DNA of 64,000 bases, taken from contig JAXLZV010000001.1 of the NCBI GenBank assembly GCA_046350755.1, positions 11,510-75,509 of the forward strand, in the 5' to 3' direction. Both the position numbers and the translations under genes were made by a program. Below are positions 19,101-26,536 of this stretch, in pieces. Origin of the DNA: Candidatus Saccharimonadota bacterium (GTDB lineage Bacteria; Patescibacteriota; Saccharimonadia; CAILAD01; GCA-016700035). Every line of letters begins with the position of its first letter. Within the stretch, counting starts at the first letter, position 1. The notes below the pieces were generated by a model. It searched no databases and was not told the origin of the DNA. It saw nothing but the letters and a program-made list of their open reading frames with translations.

Positions 19101-22100
19101 GAATCCTAGCTGGTAATAACCATGTTATTGCTGGCCTCTATGCCGACACCACGGCTAGTCCGGGCTGCGTGACAGCTGGTCTATTTGGTAATACTCGTGG
19201 TGCTCTCGTCCAAGACCTCAAACTAACGGATCCAGTCTTTAAGGGTGGCTATGTTGGTCTGGTAGCTACCGCCAACAATACCGACATCACTAATGTCCAA
19301 GTCTATAATGGAGCCTACGATGGTACGTCAGGTTTTGGTGGTGGTGGGATTGCTGGCTTTATGTTCTTTGATGACGCTGCTAGCCACGATCTAGCTAAGA
19401 ATAGCTTTACCGGTAGTATTGTAGCTAGTTGTGATACGAGTACTATGGGGATGATTGGTGGGTTATATAGCTATTTAGTAGCATTTGGCCAGAATACAAT
19501 CAATCTCCACGATTCCTACGCCGATGCAGATATTAGTGTGAACTCAGCTAATGCTTGTTTGGACGTAAGTGGTATTGGTGGTGGGATTGGTTATATCGTG
19601 GCTGGCAATACTGCTATGAGTGTCAATAATATTTACGCTGCCGGTAGTCAGAATGTCTCTATTACCGAAAACGCTAACGGCCAGTTCAACTACCCCCAAG
19701 GCCTCACCACCGACAGTGCTGGCAATGTCTATGTGGCCGATACTGATAACCACCGCATCCAGAAGTTTGACTCATCTGGTACTTTCATTACTAAATGGGG
19801 CACCAATGGCTCCGGCGATGGTCAGTTTAGCAATCCTCAAGGCATCGCCACCGACAGTGCGGGCAATGTCTATGTGGCCGATACTGATAACCACCGCATC
19901 CAGAAGTTTGACAGTGCTGGTACTTTTATTGCCAAGTGGGGTGGTAGAGGGGCAGCCAATGGGAAGTTCAACTACCCCCAAGGCATCACCACCGACAGCG
20001 CGGGTAATGTCTATGTGGCCGATACTGATAACCACCGCATCCAGAAGTTTGACTCATCTGGTACTTTCATTACTAAATGGGGCACCAATGGCTCCGGCGA
20101 TGGTCAGTTTAACTCTCCCACCGGCATCACCACCGACAGCGCGGGTAATGTCTATGTGGCGGATACATATAACTACCGCATCCAGAAGTTTGATAGCTCT
20201 GGAACTTTTATTACCAAATGGGGCACCAATGGCTCCGGCAACGGTCAGTTCTACTCCCCTCAAGGCCTCACCACCGACAGCGCGGGTAATGTCTATGTAG
20301 CAGATACATATAACCACCGCATCCAGAAGTTTAATAGCGCTGGCACATATATCTCGCAGTGGGGAACGAATGGCTCCGGTGACGGTCAGTTCAACCAACC
20401 CCAAGGCCTTACCACCGACAGTGCTGGCAATGTCTATGTGGCGGATACTAGTAACCACCGCATCCAGAAGTTTAATAGCTCTGGCACGTATATCTCCCAG
20501 TGGGGAAGCCAGGGTTATGTTAGCTGGACTAATATTGGTGGCCTAATTGGTGTCGCAAATTATTATTCGGCTTCCAATAGTCTAACCAACAGCTTCGCCC
20601 ATGTCGCTCAAACGATTAATGTTGGCGACCAGGTGGCCGGTGCCCTAGTCGGTGCGGCCTACTATGATACGCCACCGACTATCACCGGCAACTACGCCGA
20701 TACCACGCTGGCTGGTCGAGCCAACTGCTTTGGGGGTGGCGAGAGCGAAGACACCGCCAAATGTACTGGTATTGCTGGTCAACCCAATTATTTCTACAAC
20801 AACCATACCAACCCACCGCTTGATCAGTGGAATTTCACGGATCTTTGGGAAACCACACCAACGCTACCAGTCTTCTCAGCTGTAGCCGTCAACACTCTAA
20901 CTCCCATCTCAGCTGAGCGCCTAGCCCGCTACAATCCACCCGTTCCACCAACCCCAACCCCAGTTCCAGCTACTCCAATTAGCCCCAGCCCAACACCAGA
21001 ACCAACCCCAGATACCAGTGGTAGTCGTAGTGCTGCCATCACCCAGACTACCAACCAGACACCTCCACCCCCAGCCGAGCCGGGTGGTATCCTGGGGGTT
21101 CTAAAAGACATTGTCCGCGCCATTCCGGAACCAGTCCTGCGCAGCTTCCCCTACGTCGTGGTTGGTCTCATGGGGCTACTATCTCTAGCTATGTTGTTTG
21201 AAATGTATCGTCAGTCTCGACGCTTAGCTCAACTTAATCTCCTGCTTGCCAAACAAGCCAAAGTTGCCGAGGATCGTGATACTTTCTGGCATCTCGCTGC
21301 CAACTATCTACGCTCACCAATTACTCTCTTAGTTGGTAGTGTCGATCTGATGACTGACCCTAGTCCAAAGACTAAAGCTCAACCAACTACCGCTCCAGCT
21401 AAACTGACCCTTGGTCTGACCAGCCTGGTTCATGATATGCAGACTAAGGTCATGAAGATTATGGACCAGATCGAAACTAGCCAGAGCTTACAGGCCATTC
21501 GCTGGCCAGCTCGAACTCAGCCTCGCCACCTCTTAACTAACTGGCGTTTCTGGGTGCCCCTGACTGTCACCGGTCTACTGATTGCCCTGTCTAACTATGT
21601 CGCCCAAAACTTCCGTAACATTGAAGTCTCCACTCTTAATCTAGCCGTCCAAGCCTTGCTGTTTATTGTTGTTACCATTGCTATCTACTGGGTGGTTGGT
21701 GCTCTCGGCCTAACTCGTAGTAAGGTGACTCGGGCTCAAACTCAATTGGATCGTCAGGCTAAAGACCTAGATAAGGCTCGAATGCAGCTTATTGACGAGA
21801 CCGCCACTGTCCTATCTAGTGACATCACTCGACTAGATGCCATGCTAGCGAAGCTCCCAGCTAAGGAGCCAATGCTGCTAGCTATGCAAGAGGGAAGTCG
21901 TCGATTACATGAGATTGTATCGAGTTTCCAGCAACTGATCTTAGCTCAGAACAACCGTCTTGATACCATCTCGCCAGCTAGCGCCTCAACCGACCTTAGC
22001 CAAGCTATTGCTAGTAGCTTAAATGAACTAGCCGCCACCATTAAGTCTAAAGACATCACCGTTGTCCAGTCTGGCACCATAGCTGGAGCTGTACCTGGTA

Positions 22101-22441
22101 GTGAGCCAGTTATTAAGCGTGTTATTGGGAGTATTCTAGAGAATGCCATCCAGTTTAGCCCTAAAGGCGGTCAAGTTACCATCCAATCTCAGCAAACTGG
22201 CAGTGGTAGTAGTGTTACCATCACCGATAAGGGTCCTGGTGTGAGTAAGACTCAACAGGCACATATCTTCCAGCTCTTTACCAAAGCTGATGGCAAGAAT
22301 GCCCTACAAATGGACCATGATGGACTGGGGGTTGATCTCTATCTCGACAAGCAGATCATGCAACACTTACAGGGTGGCATTGACCTCCAGACTAGTAACC
22401 ACGGGACAGCTGTAACACTGACCTGGCCAGCAGTGGGGTAG
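16130..22441 (+). CDS. giant (2103 aa) membrane protein with 18 NHL repeats (three 6-bladed propellers), FN3, a GLUG-like beta-helix region, a Pro/Thr linker, TM helices and a C-terminal histidine-kinase-like module
   Basis: The basic N-terminal tail is followed by a signal-anchor TM (VIQAVLVLALVLSFVQFA). There are 12 plus 6 NHL repeats of about 40 aa (GNVYVADxxNHRIQKFxSxG), and an FN3 domain (LAPSNLRVEV..YDMKVSAVN). The GGLIG and GIGGGIG tracts are the GLUG-like region. After a TM segment near aa 1670 comes an H-box-like FWHLAANYLRSPITLLVG. The C-terminus has an N-box ILENAIQFSP, G1 ITDKGPGV and G2 DGLGVDLYL. Confidence 0.65.
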   Translation: MNKVRNTDPTKSTNSNLRRIHDIRHPQSSDQPTNRPRRVGRLLSWRLPNRRVLRARLVTITNKWTITTARLRQLALGGLSLSKLDLRKLSVALDPHKFSLPTLDPRKLDFYKLHPRNLSRAKLTTGAKTIHHHTKNFLHSPRAVIQAVLVLALVLSFVQFARAITPTITTQAATNLDWNKAALNGQVNDDHGEQVTETGFEYGPDTNYGDTTQATAEYKFSSIIGGALADGTTNRPGSITTDSAGNVYVADTDNHRIQKFDSSGTFITKWGTNGSGDGQFSNPQGIATDSAGNVYVADTDNHRIQKFDSAGTFIAKWGGRGAANGKFNYPQGLTTDSAGNVYVADTYNRRIQKFNSTGTYISQWGTNGSGDGQFSNPQGIATDSAGNVYVADTNNHRIQKFNSAGTYISQWGTNGSGDGQFNQPQGLTTDSAGNVYVADTSNHRIQKFDSAGTYLTQWGTGGSGDGQFYSPTGITTDSAGNVYVADRDNHRIQKFNSSGTFITKWGNYGSGDGQFDYPQGLTTDSAGNVYVADSGNNRIQKFDSTGNFITKWGKNGGDGSSGFGNGEFDYPSGLTTDSAGNVYVADTYNYRIQKFDSSGTFITKWGNPGSGDGQFYSPQGLTTDSAGNVYVADTNNHRIQKFDSSGTFITKWGNYGSGNGQFSNPQGLTTDSAGNVYVADRDNSRIQKFDSAGTYISQWGSQGSGDGQFDYPQGLTTDSAGNVYVADTNNHRIQKFDSSGTFITKWGNPGSGDGQFYEPQGLTTDSAGNVYVADRNNHRIQKFTLVANSDTFSSQIENLSCDTSYHYRAYATNASGTSYGTDQVFTTPSCVPLAPSNLRVEVQSFNSIEVVWDRPDYTGSAGIDHYIIYYRKAGTGSWQQVSSNNDAESVIVSGLEQFTSYDMKVSAVNYDGHESPATAEVSETTPRVNFGLVRNCQDLQNINNNLNVSYELVNDIDCSDTINWNAGAGFVPLGGCQYDFYSLSEPTPFKGILAGNNHVIAGLYADTTASPGCVTAGLFGNTRGALVQDLKLTDPVFKGGYVGLVATANNTDITNVQVYNGAYDGTSGFGGGGIAGFMFFDDAASHDLAKNSFTGSIVASCDTSTMGMIGGLYSYLVAFGQNTINLHDSYADADISVNSANACLDVSGIGGGIGYIVAGNTAMSVNNIYAAGSQNVSITENANGQFNYPQGLTTDSAGNVYVADTDNHRIQKFDSSGTFITKWGTNGSGDGQFSNPQGIATDSAGNVYVADTDNHRIQKFDSAGTFIAKWGGRGAANGKFNYPQGITTDSAGNVYVADTDNHRIQKFDSSGTFITKWGTNGSGDGQFNSPTGITTDSAGNVYVADTYNYRIQKFDSSGTFITKWGTNGSGNGQFYSPQGLTTDSAGNVYVADTYNHRIQKFNSAGTYISQWGTNGSGDGQFNQPQGLTTDSAGNVYVADTSNHRIQKFNSSGTYISQWGSQGYVSWTNIGGLIGVANYYSASNSLTNSFAHVAQTINVGDQVAGALVGAAYYDTPPTITGNYADTTLAGRANCFGGGESEDTAKCTGIAGQPNYFYNNHTNPPLDQWNFTDLWETTPTLPVFSAVAVNTLTPISAERLARYNPPVPPTPTPVPATPISPSPTPEPTPDTSGSRSAAITQTTNQTPPPPAEPGGILGVLKDIVRAIPEPVLRSFPYVVVGLMGLLSLAMLFEMYRQSRRLAQLNLLLAKQAKVAEDRDTFWHLAANYLRSPITLLVGSVDLMTDPSPKTKAQPTTAPAKLTLGLTSLVHDMQTKVMKIMDQIETSQSLQAIRWPARTQPRHLLTNWRFWVPLTVTGLLIALSNYVAQNFRNIEVSTLNLAVQALLFIVVTIAIYWVVGALGLTRSKVTRAQTQLDRQAKDLDKARMQLIDETATVLSSDITRLDAMLAKLPAKEPMLLAMQEGSRRLHEIVSSFQQLILAQNNRLDTISPASASTDLSQAIASSLNELAATIKSKDITVVQSGTIAGAVPGSEPVIKRVIGSILENAIQFSPKGGQVTIQSQQTGSGSSVTITDKGPGVSKTQQAHIFQLFTKADGKNALQMDHDGLGVDLYLDKQIMQHLQGGIDLQTSNHGTAVTLTWPAVG
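16846..18480 (+). repeat. NHL repeat array 1 (12 units of about 120 bp, coding)
   Basis: Tandem 120-nt coding repeats. The segment 16846..17160 is about 96% identical to 19705..20019, and 17310..17470 is identical to 20310..20470. Confidence 0.9.
19690..20500 (+). repeat. NHL repeat array 2 (6 units), near-duplicate of parts of array 1
   Basis: See above; the two duplicated segments lie at constant offsets of 2859 and 3000 bp. Confidence 0.9.
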
Positions 22442-22582
22442 AGGTGGGTGTAAAGGTGAGCTATTTAGTTGTCGGTAATGTTTAGTTTGCGGCATTAATA
22501 TTGAAAGTATTGGCTGGTAATGATTAACCGTAGTTGGTCTGCATAGAGGGAGCTTGGCAGGCAATTTTTTTGATAAAAAATT

Positions 22583-22969
22583 TTACTTAACAGCGGCCTG
22601 AATAGTTTTTACAATCTCGCCAGGAGTTGTGGTAGCTTTTACGATATGATCGAGCACATTGTATTGCTTGATGGCGGCCACAGTTTCTGGATCGTTCATG
22701 TTCGTTAAAGTGATTATCTTGTACTTGTTGCCATTAGGTAGAGCACGAATGCGCTCAAGAGCCTCTAGCCCAGACATTCGGGGCATCATCATATCGAGTA
22801 AAATGATATCGGGATGGTAAGTTTTTAGTAGTTCCAGGCCTTCAATACCATCACCTGCTACACGGACTTTATAACCGGCTTGGCGTTCAAAGGCCTTTGT
22901 GTACATGGTTGATATAGCGACATCGTCTTCGATAAGGGCGATGTTAACTATTTTAGGTGAATTGCTCAT
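22583..22969 (-). CDS. single-domain response regulator (CheY-like receiver only)
   Basis: The start is reset to MSNSPKIVNIALIEDD. Receiver signatures DD, phospho-acceptor D in IILLDMMMP, T in ITLTNM and K in IVKATT. Convergent with the giant gene. Confidence 0.75.
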   Translation of the reverse strand: MSNSPKIVNIALIEDDVAISTMYTKAFERQAGYKVRVAGDGIEGLELLKTYHPDIILLDMMMPRMSGLEALERIRALPNGNKYKIITLTNMNDPETVAAIKQYNVLDHIVKATTTPGEIVKTIQAAVK

Positions 22970-23014
22970 GCTTAGATTGTATACTAGGATATACATAAAT
23001 AGAAGTAGTGGCCG

Positions 23015-23043
23015 TTGACCATCTTAATGAAACCTGTTATTAT
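23015..23043 (+). promoter_or_regulatory. sigma70-type promoter for rplJL
   Basis: TTGACC, a 17-nt spacer, then TATTAT. Confidence 0.55.
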
Positions 23044-23199
23044 GAAAAAGTACGAACCGAAGACAGGCGCTGGTTAGCTCAAGCTAAACCTTAATTTGCT
23101 CCCGAGGCGATGACGAATCTACATTTTAGATAAGTCCCACTTCATGTCTTCTTGGCTCGCTGCAAAGAAGATTTTTCATTAACAATTAAAGGAGTCAGT
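23044..23199 (+). promoter_or_regulatory. rplJ 5' leader (candidate L10(L12)4 autoregulatory leader)
   Basis: A 155-nt untranslated leader between the promoter and the AAAGGAG RBS, as in L10 leaders of other bacteria. The structure was not folded here. Confidence 0.35.
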
Positions 23200-23733
23200 A
23201 TGGCAAAGACTCGTGCACAGAAGGAACAAGACCTGCAAAAGCTGGTCGACAACCTTGATAGTGCAAAGCTTGCCGTTCTGGCTGACTACCGTGGCCTCGA
23301 TGTGCCAGCGATTCAGGAACTCCGTGGACAACTGCGCGAACAAGGTATTACCTTTACCGTCGCCAAGAACACGTTGCTCAAGAAAGCTGCTGCTAAGAGT
23401 GCTAAGGAGATTACCGAAACCGATGCTTTTGTCGGGCCGATGGCTGTGGCCTTTGGTACTGATGAAGTAGAGGCTGCCAAAATCGTCGCTGATTTCACCA
23501 AGGATCATCCTGAATTGGAGATCGTCGGTGGTATCGATGAGGCTGGCGCGATTATCTCCAAAGAAGCTGTTATGGCGCTGGCGAAACTGCCGAGCCGCGA
23601 GCAACTTCTTGCGCAGGTGGTCGGTACGGTTGCTGCTCCACTCTCGGGCATGGTTCGAGTGATGAATGGCAATCTGTCAGGACTGGTGTACGCACTACAA
23701 GCTGTTAAAGATAAGAAAGAAGCCGCTGCTTAA
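23200..23733 (+). CDS. rplJ: 50S ribosomal protein L10
   Basis: The start is reset to [12 protein letters not shown] after the AAAGGAG RBS. Conserved L10 N-terminal domain. Confidence 0.9.
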   Translation: MAKTRAQKEQDLQKLVDNLDSAKLAVLADYRGLDVPAIQELRGQLREQGITFTVAKNTLLKKAAAKSAKEITETDAFVGPMAVAFGTDEVEAAKIVADFTKDHPELEIVGGIDEAGAIISKEAVMALAKLPSREQLLAQVVGTVAAPLSGMVRVMNGNLSGLVYALQAVKDKKEAAA

Positions 23734-23758
23734 GCGCTTCACTAATAGGAGATATATT

Positions 23759-24184
23759 ATGGCTGAAGAAGCTAAGAATGATGCAGTAGAAGAAAAGAAA
23801 GAAGTTCCAGCGAAGTTTGAAAAGCTCGTTGCTGAACTCGATAAGATGAGTGTCCTCGATCTCTCAGAGTTCGTGAAGACCCTCGAGGATCACTACGGTG
23901 TGTCAGCCGCTGCCCCTGTGGCCGTTGCTGGCGCTGCCGCTCCAGCTGAAGCTGCTGAAGCTGCCGAAGAGAAGAGCCAGTTCAACATTATGCTGCAGGC
24001 TGCTGGTGATAAGAAGATCGAAGTCATTAAGGCCGTGCGTGAAATCACTGGTCTTGGTCTGGCTGAGTCCAAAGGACTCGTCGACGGCGCTCCTAAGATG
24101 GTGAAAGAGAACGCCACGAAGGAAGAGGCCGAAGAGGCAAAGACCAAGCTCGAAGCGGCTGGTGCCACTATCGAACTTCAATAA
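23759..24184 (+). CDS. rplL: 50S ribosomal protein L7/L12
   Basis: The start is reset to MAEEAKND after the AGGAGA RBS. An Ala-rich hinge is followed by the conserved C-terminal domain [28 protein letters not shown].. Confidence 0.9.
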   Translation: MAEEAKNDAVEEKKEVPAKFEKLVAELDKMSVLDLSEFVKTLEDHYGVSAAAPVAVAGAAAPAEAAEAAEEKSQFNIMLQAAGDKKIEVIKAVREITGLGLAESKGLVDGAPKMVKENATKEEAEEAKTKLEAAGATIELQ

Positions 24185-24202
24185 GTCAGAGACGACTTTA
24201 CA

Positions 24203-24237
24203 AAAAGAACTTGCATACCGCGAGTTCTTTTTGTTTG
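24203..24237 (+). terminator. intrinsic terminator after rplL
   Basis: AAAAGAACT-loop-AGTTCTTTT followed by TGTTTG. Confidence 0.55.
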
Positions 24238-24312
24238 CATTCTATTTTCGTCAGTGATAAACTGACCTCGAATCTGTGGGTTATAAAAAATAAGCAAAAA
24301 AGTGGGTAATAT

Positions 24313-24858
24313 ATGACACAATCCAATACAAATGACGCGCGATTAATGCAACTCGCGGCACAACTCAAAGCCGCTGAGGAGCAGGTGAGACGCATTCATG
24401 ACCAACTCGACGCACTTGGCATTAAAGCCGATGAGTTGCCCGAGCCGAGTAAAGTCACACCACGGCAAGCGGTTGAGACTGAAGCGCATGGGATCGGCAA
24501 GATCATCGAAGGTGTTTTTGATGGCCAGAATATGATCGGTCCAAACGATAAGACGTATCCGGTGCCGGCCAATTATGCTTCCAAGTCAAAACTGGTGGAG
24601 GGCGACATCCTCAAGCTCACCATCTCCGAGGATGGGAGTTTTATCTACAAGCAAATTGGTCCCGTTGAGCGTAAGAAACTGATCGGCCGCATCGTCATGC
24701 AGGACGGCACCTATATGGTGGAGGCTGGCGGCAAACTGTATCACGTATTGTTTGCTAGTGTGACGTACTTCAAAGCTCAGCCGGGCGACGAAGTCACCGT
24801 CGTGATTCCAGGTGATCAGGTAGCCTCGTGGGCGGCTATCGAAGCCGTGATTGGCTAA
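24313..24858 (+). CDS. hypothetical protein
   Basis: 181-aa ORF with an RBS and an N-terminal coiled-coil-like segment. No motif recognised. Confidence 0.5.
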   Translation: MTQSNTNDARLMQLAAQLKAAEEQVRRIHDQLDALGIKADELPEPSKVTPRQAVETEAHGIGKIIEGVFDGQNMIGPNDKTYPVPANYASKSKLVEGDILKLTISEDGSFIYKQIGPVERKKLIGRIVMQDGTYMVEAGGKLYHVLFASVTYFKAQPGDEVTVVIPGDQVASWAAIEAVIG

Positions 24859-24865
24859 TACTATT

Positions 24866-25030
24866 ATGAAATCCAAACCCAATCAACGGATTTGGTATTT
24901 TACTGCGGGCCTTAATCTGCTTGCTGCAGTATTCATGTTTTCTGTCCCGTCGCCAGCTCGATATGCTGGGCTGATTTTTCTGCTTGCTGCGCTTTTTTCG
25001 ATTATTGCCGCTCGTCCAGCGAAATCCTAA
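24866..25030 (+). CDS. small (54 aa) two-TM membrane protein, not in the ORF track
   Basis: ATG at 24866, MKSKPNQRIWYFTAGLNLLAAVFMF..LIFLLAALFSIIAARPAKS; fills the rplL-dnaX gap. Confidence 0.3.
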   Translation: MKSKPNQRIWYFTAGLNLLAAVFMFSVPSPARYAGLIFLLAALFSIIAARPAKS

Positions 25031-25099
25031 AATAGATTAAATATTCTCGTCGCAAAACAGGCTATAATGGTAGTAATATAAGTTGAGTGGAGGAGGGGT

Positions 25100-26536
25100 G
25101 TGAGTCGTCCTGCGTTATATCGCCTGTATCGGCCGGCCGATCTATCGGACGTTGTCGGGCAAGATCATATTGTTCGTGCCCTGGAAGCTGCTTTGGCTGC
25201 CGGGCGCGTTGGTCACGCCTACTTGCTGACTGGTCCGCGCGGCACTGGTAAAACCAGTGTGGCTCGGATCCTGGCGCGACGGATGAACGAATTACCGGCT
25301 GAGCACGACATCGCCAGCGAGCTAGATATCTTGGAGATTGATGCGGCCTCAAATCGGGGTATTGATGAGATTCGAGCTTTGCGTGACAAGATAGCCATAT
25401 CACCTAGTCATCTGCGTTACAAAGTTTTCATCATTGATGAAGTCCATATGCTGACCCGTGAGGCCTTCAATGCACTACTCAAGACACTCGAAGAACCACC
25501 GGCCCATGCAGTGTTCATTTTGGCAACGACTGAGGCACATAAGCTGCCTGATACCGTTATTAGTCGTACTCAGCGCTTTGATTTTCACCCCGTACGGCCA
25601 GATGATATGGTGACGGCGCTAGCGGCGGTGGCGAAGCTCGAGAAGATCGATATTGATATCGAAGCCCTTGGTCTCATCGCCCAGCTCGCTAGTGGCGGCT
25701 TCCGAGATGCTTTGGGGTTACTTGATCAGCTGAGTGTGCAGCCGGGCAAGATAGATCGAGCGACAGTGGCGGAGATGACCGGTATCGGTGATGCTGTCAT
25801 ATTGCGAGCACTCTTGGTAGCGGCGACCGAGGGCAAATTCGACGCGGCGCTTGAGAGCCTGAGTGAAATCTGGTCACGAGGAGGGGAGCCGACCCTCGTG
25901 CTCGAGCATCTACTGCTGATCGTGCGCGACGAATTTCTTGACACTACACGAGACCAGCCACTTGTGCCTCGACCGAAGCTCTATCAAGTGCTGATGGCTT
26001 TTACAGAAGCAGCGCGGGAGATAAAATTTTCACCGATTCCCAGCTTACCGCTCGAACTCGCTCTGTGGAGGCTCAGTAATCCTCCAGCACCAGCTATGCA
26101 GTCCGTTGCGCCTCCCGTGCAGCAGGCCGCACCGGTTAAGTCGCCGACCCCATCTCGCCCCGCTGTTCGTCGGGCACCAGTCAGTCAAGCATCTAGTATG
26201 CCGGAGGGTTCGCTTTCACCGCAGCTGATTACAACCAAAGCCCTGTCGCTCATCAAGGCGAAGAATAATTCGCTATATGCTGTATTGCGATCGGGCGAGC
26301 CAAGTCTTGAGGGCGATCAGTTTGTGATTCGTTGTCGGTTCCGTTTTCACAAAGAACGTATTGAAGAACATAAGAACCGTCAGCTCATCGAGGCAGTCAT
26401 TACTAAGGTGGCCGGTCGGCCAGTAGAGATGCAGGTGATTCATACCGGAGCCGAGCCACAGGTGACAACTCAGCCTGAAGAGGAGCTCGTGGCGAGTGCG
26501 CTTGAGATTCTCGGCGGAGAGGTGGTCGAAGACTAA
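25100..26536 (+). CDS. dnaX: DNA polymerase III subunit gamma/tau (short form)
   Basis: GTG start after the AGGAGGGG RBS. Walker A GPRGTGKTS, DEVH-like IIDEVHML, and the SRT/sensor-2 clamp-loader motifs. Confidence 0.85.
   Translation: MSRPALYRLYRPADLSDVVGQDHIVRALEAALAAGRVGHAYLLTGPRGTGKTSVARILARRMNELPAEHDIASELDILEIDAASNRGIDEIRALRDKIAISPSHLRYKVFIIDEVHMLTREAFNALLKTLEEPPAHAVFILATTEAHKLPDTVISRTQRFDFHPVRPDDMVTALAAVAKLEKIDIDIEALGLIAQLASGGFRDALGLLDQLSVQPGKIDRATVAEMTGIGDAVILRALLVAATEGKFDAALESLSEIWSRGGEPTLVLEHLLLIVRDEFLDTTRDQPLVPRPKLYQVLMAFTEAAREIKFSPIPSLPLELALWRLSNPPAPAMQSVAPPVQQAAPVKSPTPSRPAVRRAPVSQASSMPEGSLSPQLITTKALSLIKAKNNSLYAVLRSGEPSLEGDQFVIRCRFRFHKERIEEHKNRQLIEAVITKVAGRPVEMQVIHTGAEPQVTTQPEEELVASALEILGGEVVED

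Noticed and set aside
16818-20458. Many long alternative-frame and antisense ORFs inside the NHL gene (for example 16818..18518 + at 566 aa, 16913..18040 - at 375 aa, 19620..20300 +, 20054..20458 -)
   Set aside because: They are artefacts of the 120-nt periodic repeat, because the same open frames recur in every repeat unit. Their translations are low-complexity, and the sense frame carries the full NHL/FN3/kinase-like architecture with a proper start and stop.
16846-20500. Possible CRISPR array, given the regular direct repeats
   Set aside because: The repeat units are about 120 bp, contiguous with no unique spacers, degenerate at third codon positions, and sit in frame within one ORF encoding NHL blades. 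No cas genes are nearby.
23152-23759. Longer track starts for rplJ (23152) and rplL (23666)
   Set aside because: Canonical N-termini with strong RBSs lie at 23200 (MAKTRAQK) and 23759 (MAEEAKND). The longer forms would add non-conserved residues and overlap the upstream gene or leader.
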